A stretch of DNA of 64,000 nt. Source: Bacilli bacterium (GTDB lineage Bacteria > Bacillota_I > Bacilli_A > RF39 > UBA660). The DNA lies in contig JAFUTV010000006.1 of the NCBI GenBank assembly GCA_017484125.1, positions 1,658 through 65,657 of the forward strand, written 5' to 3'. Numbering within the stretch: the stretch's first letter is position 1; each line of letters opens with the position of its first letter. A model generated the notes under the pieces. The model was not told the DNA's origin. It was given only the letters and a program-made list of their open reading frames with translations, and made no database searches. The position numbers and the translations under genes were made by a program. Positions 9,226 through 19,026 of the stretch are shown piece by piece.

Positions 9226-9819
9226 TTAATCTTTAAGTCTTATATACCTCATTACATATGTATCTGGATCATAGTTATTTGTTGCATAAGTTGTTGATGT
9301 AACAGAGCCATTTTCTTTAAAATCACATAAGAAAAATCCAAAACGTAATGTATTATTAAAACGATAATTACTAGAATACGCAACTGAATTTCCTCCACTG
9401 CCATAAAAATAAGAATCAATTGTTGTACATGTTCCATTTGTTGGAGTTAAACCTATTCCACCTTGAGATATTGAAGAATAATTATTTGCTTGAATTCCAC
9501 CACCATAAGAATAATATAGCATTACAAAGTATTTTCCTCTAGTAAAATTAGCTGATAAACTATTACTACTTGAAGCATGTGCTTGCTTATATGTTCCTTG
9601 AACATCATTACTATCTAAAGCCATAAATTTTTCTATTCCTATTTCATGAATAGATTCAAGAGCATCATAAACATTATCAACTTACCATTTATTATCTTTT
9701 GGAGTAAAGCCAATATTTGAAGCTATAAGTGAGTATGCAAAAACTGGTGTTATAAAGCTAAAAATAATAGCACCTAAGATAAAATAAAAGATATCTGAAT
9801 TTATTATTTTTTTTATCAT
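9226..9819 (-). pseudogene. LH-family member 26 interrupted by a single in-frame TAA at codon 46 (9682-9684). The head ORF 9226..9624 is still intact
   Basis: Manual translation from ATG 9819: MIKKIINSDIFYFILGAIIFSFITPVFAYSLIASNIGFTPKDNKW*VDNVYDALESIHEIGIEKFMALDSNDVQGTYKQAH.. It is in frame with the track ORF 9226..9624 (195 nt = 65 codons apart). Confidence 0.8.
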
Positions 9820-9847
9820 TTACATACTTCCTATCATATTTAAAATA

Positions 9848-10690
9848 CTATCTAAAATTAGTTTTTGAAACAGTTATTACTGGTCTTAGACCATATATTG
9901 AACTATTGTTACAATTATTAACTAAGCCACCTCTTGAAATACACCAATACTCTGAATATCCAAAAATAAAATCATTTGTCCAATAACCATTTTGTTTTGC
10001 TGAGTTTGAATCAAGTTCTGTTGTTGGATCACAACCAAATGGACTACAATCACTCAAATAGTTAAACAACCATCGATATGGCTTAACAGCAGCTTTACCA
10101 GCTTCTGAAGCATAAGTCCAGTTTCCTTGAGCACATGAAGATTGATCTTTTAATCCCATACAAAACCATCCTGTATTTGCTTTATCTTCATATTTCCATG
10201 TTGGATAATCAACAGCATTAACTATTTGTTGTATATCAGGCATTTTTATAACTTGTACATATTTCCAATTTAAAGCAGAACCGGCTCCAGATTCAAAATA
10301 ATGTTTCGCATTTTTCCATGATATATTAGATTCAGTAATATTTCTTTCCATTATCAAATCCACTGAATTATCCCTTACTTCTAAAACATAAAAATTTCTT
10401 TTGATGTTATCTCCTGGATCACATTCATATTTTGTTCCTACACTAAAGTGATCACTTTCATCACCATATTCACTGTCTACATACCTACATATTTTCTTTA
10501 AAGCAATTGAATTTGTTCTATCATATAAATCATCTAGTGCTTCGGATACGTTTTCTACTTCCCAACTCGAATCTTTTGGAGTAAAACCTACATTACTCGA
10601 AACAATAGAGTATGCTAAAACTGACACTGCACTAAATATTACAGTACCTATGATAAATGTAAAAAGTGGATTTTTAAATATCTTTTTCAT
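9848..10690 (-). CDS. LH-family member 25. Cys-containing DUF6273-like head
   Basis: Leader MKKIFKNPLFTFIIGTVIFSAVSVLAYSIVSSNVGFTPKDSSWEVENVSEALDDLY. Head GTKYECDPGDNIKRNFYVLEVRDNSVDLIMERNI..GYWTND..YGLRPVITVSKTNF. Confidence 0.85.
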   Translation of the reverse strand: MKKIFKNPLFTFIIGTVIFSAVSVLAYSIVSSNVGFTPKDSSWEVENVSEALDDLYDRTNSIALKKICRYVDSEYGDESDHFSVGTKYECDPGDNIKRNFYVLEVRDNSVDLIMERNITESNISWKNAKHYFESGAGSALNWKYVQVIKMPDIQQIVNAVDYPTWKYEDKANTGWFCMGLKDQSSCAQGNWTYASEAGKAAVKPYRWLFNYLSDCSPFGCDPTTELDSNSAKQNGYWTNDFIFGYSEYWCISRGGLVNNCNNSSIYGLRPVITVSKTNFR

Positions 10691-10720
10691 TTTGCATACT
10701 CCTTTTTATATTATATATTA

Positions 10721-11161
10721 TTATTTTCCATATGCAATCCAGTTAATAGTATCTGAATGTAAAACACTAAAGAATGAATTATACCCAATATCAAATGAAG
10801 TAGTTGTTATATTTGTTACATAAACAGATCCGCCAGATGTTCCAGCATTATACTCATACCTTATTTTAGGAATTTCCATAAATGGCTTTTCAAAGGTAAT
10901 TGTTATATATTTCCATGAATGAGTAAATGATATATTAATGCTACCAACTTCAACATGATTACCAATCTTATCTTCAATCATTTGATATTCACCTTTTAAA
11001 TAATCAAGAGCATCACTAACATTATCTACATTCCAATTACTAGCTTTTGGAGTAAAACCTACATTACTAGCTATAATTGAGTATGCAAAAACTGACACTG
11101 TACTAAATATTACAGCACCTAAGATAAAGTAAAATATTTTTATTTTTAATATTTTATCCAT
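10721..11161 (-). CDS. LH-family member 24. Small head, possibly H-type-lectin-like
   Basis: Leader MDKILKIKIFYFILGAVIFSTVSVFAYSIIASNVGFTPKASNWNVDNVSDALDYL. Head ..ITITFEKPFMEIPKIRYEY..VYVTNITTTSFDIGY..INWIAYGK. The lectin call is pattern memory only. Confidence 0.8.
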   Translation of the reverse strand: MDKILKIKIFYFILGAVIFSTVSVFAYSIIASNVGFTPKASNWNVDNVSDALDYLKGEYQMIEDKIGNHVEVGSINISFTHSWKYITITFEKPFMEIPKIRYEYNAGTSGGSVYVTNITTTSFDIGYNSFFSVLHSDTINWIAYGK

Positions 11162-11186
11162 TTTGCATACTCCTTTCTATTATTTA

Positions 11187-12134
11187 TTAAGCATCTACTC
11201 CATAAAATTGAACAGTTACTACATTTACATAACCACTTGATGTAGATGATATTATGTATATTCTCCATTGACTTCCTACATATATATCATTTAAAAAAAT
11301 TGTGTTTGTTCCACTATTTGAGGTATTAGATGCAGTTAGTGTTGTTGTTGCATCTTTCCAACTACCATCATAATATTGAATTTTAAATGTTTTAATATTT
11401 TCACTTAATGTTGGATTCATCCAATATACTTTATAAACAGAAATATTTTTATTAAAATTATAACCTATATAATTACCATTTACACTATTAGCAGGTGATG
11501 CAAATCTTGTGGAATTATTTCCATCAAATGCTCTATATCCACTATAAGTTGCATCATATCTACTTCCATAAACTACATTAGTATCACTTGATAGTGTTGG
11601 AACCTTAGTAGACTTTTTATCAAGTAAAGTAAGTGCTTCACTATCATTTATTATAGTATTTCTATTATCTTTATTTAATAAAATTCTTTGTCTTAAACTA
11701 CTTGATTTAAATATTTGATTATTGTAATTATCATCTTTAAATACTTCTAGTAAAGAAGAGTTTTGTATTCTATTATCTAAAGAATTAAAATACACTTTAC
11801 AATAATCATTTATACCAGTTGTATAAATATTCCAAGCATCTATATTAAAACCACTAGTATTTTCTTCACAATTAATATTAGTAAATAAGTTTTCATTACT
11901 AGGTATTTCTCTTACTTTTGCTCCATCTAAATATAAATAGTATTGTAGATTATTTTTCTTACTTCTTAAATCATCAAGTGCATCCTTAACATTATCTACT
12001 TCCCAATGAGTATCAAGTGGAGTAAAACCTACATCATTTGCTATTAAAGAATATGCAAAAACTGATGTAATACCTACTGCACTTACAAAACCTAATATAA
12101 AGATAAATATTTTTGATTTAAATAGTTTTTGCAC
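11187..12134 (-). CDS. LH-family member 23. Head: discoidin (F5/8 type C)-like domain. GTG start
   Basis: Leader (GTG)QKLFKSKIFIFILGFVSAVGITSVFAYSLIANDVGFTPLDTHWEVDNVKDALDDL. C-terminus ..YRAFDGNNSTRFASP..GNYIGYNFNKNISVYKVYW..YYDGSWKD..QWRIYI..VVTVQFYGVDA. Confidence 0.85.
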   Translation of the reverse strand: MQKLFKSKIFIFILGFVSAVGITSVFAYSLIANDVGFTPLDTHWEVDNVKDALDDLRSKKNNLQYYLYLDGAKVREIPSNENLFTNINCEENTSGFNIDAWNIYTTGINDYCKVYFNSLDNRIQNSSLLEVFKDDNYNNQIFKSSSLRQRILLNKDNRNTIINDSEALTLLDKKSTKVPTLSSDTNVVYGSRYDATYSGYRAFDGNNSTRFASPANSVNGNYIGYNFNKNISVYKVYWMNPTLSENIKTFKIQYYDGSWKDATTTLTASNTSNSGTNTIFLNDIYVGSQWRIYIISSTSSGYVNVVTVQFYGVDA

Positions 12135-12160
12135 AACTTTACTTCCTTTCTTTTTTTATT

Positions 12161-13033
12161 TTAATTATCCATTATTACTCCTGTTGGTTGAAATTGAACA
12201 TTACCATATGTTTCATTATCACTAGATTTAGCAGATACATAAAAGTTGGTATATACTTTTTCATTACTACTTACATCAACTGTTGTATTAACTATTGTTG
12301 CTGATCCAACCTTTACTCCACGTCCGGCTGAAAAACTTTTTATTAATTCCCAACTATTATTTGTATATCCATAAACATATACATATACAGTTGAAGCATA
12401 TATTGCACTACTATTACCAAATGCTCCATATATGTAAAACTTCTTTAACTGTAAATTACAATTACCATAAGTTAATAATGTTGTTGTATTATTAGTTCTA
12501 AGAACATATGGATATGATCCATTAGAGGCAGAGTAATTTTTATTTTCTAATGTAGATGTAGTTTTTAAACTTTGTGATTTACTTCTTAAATATTTATTGT
12601 AAATATCATATGCCATTACATAAACATTGTATTTTTTATTAGAGGTTAATCCAGAAATAGTTAGTTCATTACTTGTTGACATATTTAAATAAATATTTTG
12701 TTCATCATCTATAGCAAATGCATGATAGCCAAATATTTTATTATTATCAGTTGCTTCAACTGTTGGTATTACTTTAATACTATCATTTGTTAATACTGAT
12801 GTAAAAGAGACATTAGTTATAATATCACTTCTTGTTTTTGATTTGGCATATAATTCATTTATAGCTGTTTCTACTTCTTGAATATCATCACCTTCATCTG
12901 TTTTCCATGTAGTGTCTACTGGAGTAAAACCAACATCACTAGCTATAAAAGAGAATGCAAATACTGATGTAGCACTTGCTACAATTAAACCTAAAATAAA
13001 TATAAATAATCTTGATTTAATTAATCTTTTCAT
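12161..13033 (-). CDS. LH-family member 22 (long handle). Head: FN3-like domain plus an extra beta domain
   Basis: Leader MKRLIKSRLFIFILGLIVASATSVFAFSFIASDVGFTPVDTTWKTDEGDDIQEVETAINELY. Head ..ELTISGLTSNKKYNVYVMAYD... Confidence 0.85.
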   Translation of the reverse strand: MKRLIKSRLFIFILGLIVASATSVFAFSFIASDVGFTPVDTTWKTDEGDDIQEVETAINELYAKSKTRSDIITNVSFTSVLTNDSIKVIPTVEATDNNKIFGYHAFAIDDEQNIYLNMSTSNELTISGLTSNKKYNVYVMAYDIYNKYLRSKSQSLKTTSTLENKNYSASNGSYPYVLRTNNTTTLLTYGNCNLQLKKFYIYGAFGNSSAIYASTVYVYVYGYTNNSWELIKSFSAGRGVKVGSATIVNTTVDVSSNEKVYTNFYVSAKSSDNETYGNVQFQPTGVIMDN

Positions 13034-13051
13034 TTTGCATACTCCTTTCTT

Positions 13052-13552
13052 TTATTCTGCTTTAATTTTAATACCAGCTCCACCATTATTTAAGTTATTA
13101 TAACAATAAAAGTTAGCCTGTAATAAATGGTTATGATCAATTTGAAATTCATGTTCATTTAAATCTGATATTGTATATATTAATTGTCCATCTAAATATA
13201 TCCTAATGGAAATATATGTTCCCATATTTCCAGTACCTTGTAATGTTAATTTTTTATATTTATCTAATCCATTTATTGTTACAGGTGTAAAATTCCAATA
13301 TCCACTTCTTGAACCCATTTCAAATGGCCCATATTCTAAATCAAGAGGTTCAAGAGCACATGTATCTCTTAAATCATCAAGTGCTTCTTTGACATTTTCC
13401 ATTGGCTCTCCATTACTTTTTTTCCATGTATTATCTGTTGGAGTAAAAGCAACATCACTTGCAATAATAGAGTATGCAAAAACTGATGTAGTACTAGCTA
13501 CAATTAAGCCTAAAATAAACATAAATATTCTTGATTTAATTAATCTTTTCAT
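13052..13552 (-). CDS. LH-family member 21 (long handle). Small head
   Basis: The track ORF starts MKGVCK-MKRLIK. The first 6 codons are the family's conserved RBS/UTR (AAAGGAGTATGCAAAATG) read as protein, so the true start is ATG 13552. Leader MKRLIKSRIFMFILGLIVASTTSVFAYSIIASDVAFTPTDNTWKKSNGEPMENVKEALDDL. Confidence 0.8.
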   Translation of the reverse strand: MKRLIKSRIFMFILGLIVASTTSVFAYSIIASDVAFTPTDNTWKKSNGEPMENVKEALDDLRDTCALEPLDLEYGPFEMGSRSGYWNFTPVTINGLDKYKKLTLQGTGNMGTYISIRIYLDGQLIYTISDLNEHEFQIDHNHLLQANFYCYNNLNNGGAGIKIKAE

Positions 13553-13588
13553 TTTGCATACTCCTTTCATTTTTTATTAATATTTCTA

Positions 13589-14098
13589 TTAATTAATTTG
13601 AATTATTCTTATTAATCCTCTATAAGAAATTCTTCCAGATATTGTACCTGAAGCATTTTCAATATAATATACTCTGGTACGACCATATCCCTGACGTCCA
13701 TTAAATGCTTCTGAATTAGTCATATCATATAATGTTATATAATCATTTGGAATAGTTATAGTTGAATCTGCCTCACCTAAAGTTACATCTCTAATTGATG
13801 AAAGTATTACTAACACACCTTTAGTATTTGTTTCAATTGTATAAGAATAATTTGCTGGAGTTCCAGGACTATATTCATAAAGTGTTTTAAATTCCATTTT
13901 ACTAATTCTCTTATATAAGCTATCTAAGGCAGTTGAAACATCTTCAATAATTTGTCCATTACTATCTTTAAATGTATTATCAAGTGGAGTATATCCAACA
14001 TTTGTTGCAATTATAGAGTATGCAAAAACTGACACTGCACTAAATATTACAGCACCTAAAATAAACGTAAATATTGGATTTTTAAATAGTTTTTGCAT
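13589..14098 (-). CDS. LH-family member 20 (long handle). Small head
   Basis: Leader MQKLFKNPIFTFILGAVIFSAVSVFAYSIIATNVGYTPLDNTFKDSNGQIIEDVSTALDSLY. Head ..TNTKGVLVILSS..YRGLIRIIQIN. Confidence 0.85.
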   Translation of the reverse strand: MQKLFKNPIFTFILGAVIFSAVSVFAYSIIATNVGYTPLDNTFKDSNGQIIEDVSTALDSLYKRISKMEFKTLYEYSPGTPANYSYTIETNTKGVLVILSSIRDVTLGEADSTITIPNDYITLYDMTNSEAFNGRQGYGRTRVYYIENASGTISGRISYRGLIRIIQIN

Positions 14099-14132
14099 AA
14101 CTCTTTTCCTTCCTTTTATTAATACAATTTTT

Positions 14133-14678
14133 TTACTTTATTCCAAGTATTTTTTCTGGAACTATATATTTACCAGTAGTAGTATCAGAAGCATTACCCA
14201 TTGCTGCATTACCAAATTGAATCTTTTTATCTCCTGGACTTCCAAATGCTCTTAAATATACTCCACTTGCTCCATGTGTTGCTCTTCCACCAAGTCCAAG
14301 TGGTTGAGTAGTATAAGCATATAATTGATCAACAGAATATATTGCATATAATCTATCATTTTGAGCATGTGTTGGATTTGTATTATAAATAATTTTAATA
14401 TACCTATATTTTGCAAAAGTGTCTGATAATATAACAGTTTGAGCAGCAAAAGCAGCAGTTGGTGAAGGATTAGTCCAAAGTACAACTTCTCTTTCTACAT
14501 ATCTTTTATATAAATCATCGAGTGCTTCTTTGGTATCACTTACATTCCATGTATTATCTTTTGGTGTATATCCTACTTGATTAGCAGCTAGGTTGTATGC
14601 AAAAACTGCACTAATAGATCCAAATGTAATAACACCTAAAATATAGTAAAATACTTTTGTTTTAATTATATTTTTCAT
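14133..14678 (-). CDS. LH-family member 19. Small head (LWTNPSPTAAFAAQTV.. type)
   Basis: Leader MKNIIKTKVFYYILGVITFGSISAVFAYNLAANQVGYTPKDNTWNVSDTKEALDDLY. Confidence 0.85.
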   Translation of the reverse strand: MKNIIKTKVFYYILGVITFGSISAVFAYNLAANQVGYTPKDNTWNVSDTKEALDDLYKRYVEREVVLWTNPSPTAAFAAQTVILSDTFAKYRYIKIIYNTNPTHAQNDRLYAIYSVDQLYAYTTQPLGLGGRATHGASGVYLRAFGSPGDKKIQFGNAAMGNASDTTTGKYIVPEKILGIK

Positions 14679-14695
14679 TTTTGCATACTTCCTTT

Positions 14696-15226
14696 CTATT
14701 TTATTTTGTAAATATTAATAATTTTTAGTGAATAACCTCTTGCAATACTTTGTGACATTGTAATAGATACTTCTTTATTTCCTTCAACTTTTATTAAAGC
14801 TTGATATAAATTAACATTTGTTTCACCAACAAATTGATGATAATCAACTGGAGTATCAACAATTGTTGCATTTGTAACACTAACAGACATTGTTGAATTA
14901 AATCCTTCAGAATTAGCTTTAGTTACTTCAAGCAAATAGGTACCACTTGTTAAATTAACTGTTTTTGTCATTGTTGAATCATTATATGAATCAGGATAGA
15001 ATGAATATACGAGCTCTGCATTTGGTTTAGTTCTTTCATATAAATCATCTATTGCTTCTTTAACATTTTCTATATCACTTCCATCATCTTGTTTCCAAGC
15101 ATTATCTGTTGGTGTAAATCCTACATCAGGTGCTAGAATTGAATATGCTAAAACTGATGTAATAGAGCATGATATTATTACACCTAAGATAAACGTAAGT
15201 AATGGGTTTTTCATCAGTTTTTTCAT
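14696..15226 (-). CDS. LH-family member 18 (long handle). Small head
   Basis: Leader MKKLMKNPLLTFILGVIISCSITSVLAYSILAPDVGFTPTDNAWKQDDGSDIENVKEAIDDLY. Head ..LTSGTYLLEVTKANSEG..YSLKIINIYKIK. Confidence 0.85.
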   Translation of the reverse strand: MKKLMKNPLLTFILGVIISCSITSVLAYSILAPDVGFTPTDNAWKQDDGSDIENVKEAIDDLYERTKPNAELVYSFYPDSYNDSTMTKTVNLTSGTYLLEVTKANSEGFNSTMSVSVTNATIVDTPVDYHQFVGETNVNLYQALIKVEGNKEVSITMSQSIARGYSLKIINIYKIK

Positions 15227-15245
15227 ATATCTTTTCCTTTCTATT

Positions 15246-15737
15246 TTACTCTAAACCTTGAGCACTAATAATTGCATATTTAAATGTATATGTTCTACTA
15301 TACGCATCTGATCCCGCATAGTTTATAATTGCATTAGAATAAGTATTTCCTACTATGTTACTTCCACTATATCCCCATTGAGGATATATAGGTGATCCAC
15401 CAGGAGTGACATTATATATAAAGAACCTTGCATAATCACTAGCAACATAAGTATTTTTTAAATGAACTGTTGGTGTAACATAATTACCTCTAGGCATATA
15501 TACTGAAAAACTACCTGTTTCATAGACTTTAATATTATATTTTAATAAATCTTTTAATTCATTTAGAGCATCATCAACATTTGTTATGGCTTCACCACCC
15601 CGTTTTTGCCATGTAGTATCGGTTGGTGTATATCCAACATCTTGTGCTAGATAGGAATATGCAAATACTGATACTGATGAAAATATTACAGCACCTAATA
15701 TGAAGAAAAATAATCTTGATTTTAATATTCTTTTCAT
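15246..15737 (-). CDS. LH-family member 17 (long handle). Small head
   Basis: Leader MKRILKSRLFFFILGAVIFSSVSVFAYSYLAQDVGYTPTDTTWQKRGGEAITNVDDALNEL. Confidence 0.85.
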   Translation of the reverse strand: MKRILKSRLFFFILGAVIFSSVSVFAYSYLAQDVGYTPTDTTWQKRGGEAITNVDDALNELKDLLKYNIKVYETGSFSVYMPRGNYVTPTVHLKNTYVASDYARFFIYNVTPGGSPIYPQWGYSGSNIVGNTYSNAIINYAGSDAYSRTYTFKYAIISAQGLE

Positions 15738-15755
15738 TTTGCATACTCCTTTCTT

Positions 15756-16550
15756 TTAATATAAGTTTGATTTAAACACTATTATTACCGGGCGAACTCC
15801 AAAATACTGTGAATATGATGGATTAGTTTGATTAAATGTTCCTGTATATTCAATACGATATGCTTGCGATGATGATGTACTAACATCTCTTAACCAATAA
15901 CCATTTGCTGAAGCATCACTTGCATCTGTACAGCCTCTAGTATTGCAGCTATTTAAATGATTAAATAACCAAGCATATTTACTAGAATTACATGAACTTA
16001 CACTTCCTCCCGTAGCTAAACACCATGAATTATCCCCTTCAACTATATAACCATCACTTCTTACTGCATCTACTACTGATTGGGCTCTAGGTAAATCAAT
16101 ATATTGAACATTTGTCCACGTCCTTCCATAATTTTCACCATCTTGTCCAGTTTTGAAATATTTCATAGCGGTAAACCATGACGTTGTACCAACATTTATA
16201 TTTCTATCAAGGATCATTTCTACTTGATCACTTTTTATATTTAATATGTAAAAATATCTTTTTTCTCCATCTCCTGGATCACATAAGTATTTAGTTCCAA
16301 TACTATAAAGATCATCGAGATTAGAAAACTCACTATCAACATATGTACAAAACTTTAAGAATGCTTTGGAATTATATTTATCATGTAAATCATCTAGAGC
16401 TTCTTTAACATCATTAACTTGCCATGTATTATCTCTTGGAGTAAATCCTACATTACTAGATATAATAGAGTATGCTAAAGTTGATACTGATGAAAATATT
16501 ACAGCACCTAATATGAAATATAATAATCTTGATTTAAATATTCTTTTCAT
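15756..16550 (-). CDS. LH-family member 16. Cys-containing DUF6273-like head
   Basis: Leader MKRIFKSRLLYFILGAVIFSSVSTLAYSIISSNVGFTPRDNTWQVNDVKEALDDLH. Head GTKYLCDPGDGEKRYFYILNIKSDQVEMILDRNI..GYWLRD..FGVRPVIIVFKSNL. Confidence 0.85.
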   Translation of the reverse strand: MKRIFKSRLLYFILGAVIFSSVSTLAYSIISSNVGFTPRDNTWQVNDVKEALDDLHDKYNSKAFLKFCTYVDSEFSNLDDLYSIGTKYLCDPGDGEKRYFYILNIKSDQVEMILDRNINVGTTSWFTAMKYFKTGQDGENYGRTWTNVQYIDLPRAQSVVDAVRSDGYIVEGDNSWCLATGGSVSSCNSSKYAWLFNHLNSCNTRGCTDASDASANGYWLRDVSTSSSQAYRIEYTGTFNQTNPSYSQYFGVRPVIIVFKSNLY

Positions 16551-16583
16551 ACATCTATTTCCTTTCTTTTTTATTTTATTTTT

Positions 16584-17057
16584 TTATTTAACTGCTACAT
16601 AATTCATTGTATAAGTTAAACCTGTATTATTACCCCACCAAACATTTCTAAAAGTAAATCCTGTATCAGTAAGATTTAATGTTACATAACTTTCTCCTCT
16701 ATTGCCAGCTGAATCATAAGCTAATAATTTATTATTAAATCTTGACACCCAAGTTGTAACACCATAATTTCTTTCTATGTAAAGATATACAAAGCTAGGT
16801 TTAAATCCAACATCGATTGTATATGTAGGATGATAAGTATCAGTATCTACAAATTCAAATGTTCCCTTTTTCATATCGTGAACTTCATTGTACAAATTAT
16901 TTAGTGCATCTGATACATTATCAACATTCCATGTACTTTCAGTTGGTGTAAAACCAACATTTGTTGCAAGTATAGAGTATGCAAAGACTGATACTGTACT
17001 AAATATTACAGCACCTAATATAAAGAATAATAATCTTGATTTTAATATTCTTTTCAT
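16584..17057 (-). CDS. LH-family member 15. Small head (possibly lectin-like, related to member 24)
   Basis: Leader MKRILKSRLLFFILGAVIFSTVSVFAYSILATNVGFTPTESTWNVDNVSDALNNLY. Head ..YTIDVGFKPSFVYLY..LNLTDTGFTFRNV..YTMNYVAVK. Confidence 0.85.
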   Translation of the reverse strand: MKRILKSRLLFFILGAVIFSTVSVFAYSILATNVGFTPTESTWNVDNVSDALNNLYNEVHDMKKGTFEFVDTDTYHPTYTIDVGFKPSFVYLYIERNYGVTTWVSRFNNKLLAYDSAGNRGESYVTLNLTDTGFTFRNVWWGNNTGLTYTMNYVAVK

Positions 17058-17084
17058 ATTTACATACTCCTTTCTTTTATTTTT

Positions 17085-17912
17085 TTATTCCATTCCGTAG
17101 AACTCCAATTCTACCATTCCACCATTTGTTCCATATCCAGTTCCTTGTATTTTCCAATAACGATGTTTACCTACTGATTTATTAGCTAAGAACTTTTGTT
17201 CAGTTCCACCAACTCTTTGCGTTGTATATGTATCACTTGCAAGTGTGTAATTACTATTATCATCTGAATAATATAGTGATACATTATCTACTCCTTCAAC
17301 TGAACTTCTTTGAATTAGCGAAAACTCAAATACATATACAGGATTATCAAATCTAAATCCTAAATAGAAACTTCCATTACCTCGATAAGCATAATCTGAT
17401 GATGTACCATCAAATGCTTTCCATAAGTTCCATGTTCCAGAACCATCATATTGAGCTGTACCAAATATACGATCATTATTTGTTTGAACTGGTGTAGTAA
17501 CTACTGTATAATCTCTTTCAATTATTCCTTTGATTTTTCTTGTATAATCTGAATTATTTTTTATATTTGGTGAACTAATTAATGCATTTAATGTTTCATA
17601 ATCAAAAGTATCAAATCCATTTATAACAGTGTCATATATATCAGCATCTGATATGATATCTTTTAAACCTAAGGTATACTTTTTGTTATGACTAATTAAT
17701 ATTGATTTAATATATCTAGGTACTTCAATAATTGCTCTTTCTTGTAAATCATCTAACGCTTCTTTAACATCACTTACATCCCATTCTTCATCTTTTGGTG
17801 TATATCCTACATTTGGTGCCAATAATGAATATGCAAAAACTGATGTAATACCTATTGATATAACTACACCTAACATAAACATAAATATTGGATTTTTAAT
17901 TAGTTTTTGCAT
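17085..17912 (-). CDS. LH-family member 14. Head: linker plus discoidin (F5/8 type C)-like domain
   Basis: The track start MNYM.. abuts the RBS (AAAGGA-ATGaattatATG), so the second ATG (17912) is the likely start. Leader MQKLIKNPIFMFMLGVVISIGITSVFAYSLLAPNVGYTPKDEEWDVSDVKEALDDL. C-terminus ..WKAFDGTSSDYAY..FYLGFRFDNPVYVFEF..YYSDDNSNY..YWKIQG..MVELEFYGME. Confidence 0.85.
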   Translation of the reverse strand: MQKLIKNPIFMFMLGVVISIGITSVFAYSLLAPNVGYTPKDEEWDVSDVKEALDDLQERAIIEVPRYIKSILISHNKKYTLGLKDIISDADIYDTVINGFDTFDYETLNALISSPNIKNNSDYTRKIKGIIERDYTVVTTPVQTNNDRIFGTAQYDGSGTWNLWKAFDGTSSDYAYRGNGSFYLGFRFDNPVYVFEFSLIQRSSVEGVDNVSLYYSDDNSNYTLASDTYTTQRVGGTEQKFLANKSVGKHRYWKIQGTGYGTNGGMVELEFYGME

Positions 17913-17932
17913 ATAATTCATTCCTTTCTTTT

Positions 17933-18988
17933 TTAATTAATACCTAGTAATGTTATTCTTGCAAATCCATTTCCTTTCTTTGCTTGATTACTATTAGCAC
18001 TCTCATTAAATTCTTGTGTTATTTCTGTTTTAGTATTTTCTTCATTTGATTCATATTTTGTATTTGTTGAATACATAACCATCTTTTTATTTGTTAGAGT
18101 TGGATTTAAATATCCAGAACCTCCACCTGAACCAGCGTGTGCAGCAGAACCACCACCGTAGTAGCCACCACCACCACCAGATGATCCATTTTGTCCAGTT
18201 CCACCTTTTCCAAGTAGACCGTTACCTCCACGGTAACCTCCCGTTCCACCTGAACTTTGTGTTCCACCTTTAGCAGGATCAACACCATAGCCAACAGTGA
18301 ATCCATCGGCACCTTGTTTACCTCCACCGGCACCTCCGTTTACTGAATAATCAGCACCATTTGTGTGGTAATATGCTCCAGCTCCTCCACCAGCAACAAT
18401 AAGTAAATTTTCTCTCATTGTTGATGAAGTAAGAAGTCCAGTTGAAAGTGAAATTGATGTGGCACCTCCACCACCGGCAATATAGTTTTTATTGTCTGGA
18501 TATTGAACTCCTGTTCCACCACCGTTATATCCTCCAGCACAATTTGCATTTAAACATCCACTTTCTCCTTTTGTTCCAACATTGATGTATAAGTTAGTAT
18601 CTTTTTCTAAATTAATAACTCCTGTTGAATAAGCACCATATCCACCAATATAATTATTTATTGCATCTCCTCCTTGTGCTCCCCATACTTCAAGCTTATA
18701 TGTTCCGCTTGTTGGTACTTTAAATACTTCTTCTCTAGATAAGTATTCAAAGTTCCATGTTAGTCCCATTACACTTACTTTGCAATAAGTACAAGTAGTA
18801 TGTAAATCATCAAGTGCTTCACCAGTGTTTTCAATATCACTTCCATCTTTATTCTTCCAAGTATCATCTGCTGGTGTAAATCCAACATTTGGTGCAAATA
18901 AATCATATGCAAAAACTGATGTAATGCTAGCAGCTATTGTTACACCTAATATGAACATAAATATTGGATTTTTAATTAGTTTTTGCAT
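17933..18988 (-). CDS. LH-family member 13 (long handle). Head: C.YC motif plus glycine-rich (ALK/LTK-type, PF12810-like) domain
   Basis: Same MNYM-MQK start structure as its neighbour. Sequence ..FAYDLFAPNVGFTPADDTWKNKDGSDIENTGEALDDLHTTCTYCK..SGTYKLEVWGAQGG..GGGGATSIS..LIVAGGGAGAYY..GGGGGYYGGGSA..KKGNGFARITLL. Confidence 0.85.
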   Translation of the reverse strand: MQKLIKNPIFMFILGVTIAASITSVFAYDLFAPNVGFTPADDTWKNKDGSDIENTGEALDDLHTTCTYCKVSVMGLTWNFEYLSREEVFKVPTSGTYKLEVWGAQGGDAINNYIGGYGAYSTGVINLEKDTNLYINVGTKGESGCLNANCAGGYNGGGTGVQYPDNKNYIAGGGGATSISLSTGLLTSSTMRENLLIVAGGGAGAYYHTNGADYSVNGGAGGGKQGADGFTVGYGVDPAKGGTQSSGGTGGYRGGNGLLGKGGTGQNGSSGGGGGYYGGGSAAHAGSGGGSGYLNPTLTNKKMVMYSTNTKYESNEENTKTEITQEFNESANSNQAKKGNGFARITLLGIN

Positions 18989-19026
18989 ATAATTCATTCC
19001 TTTCTATTATTTTTTTTGTTTATTAA

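Noticed and set aside
13553-13570. An N-terminal extension MKGVCK on the track ORF 13052..13570, and similar MNYM/MQM extensions at 17921, 18997 and 24097
   Set aside because: These codons are the conserved RBS/UTR (AAAGGAGTATGCAAAATG or AAAGGAATGAATTATATG) read as protein. The upstream ATG abuts the Shine-Dalgarno sequence, and paralogs start at the downstream ATG.
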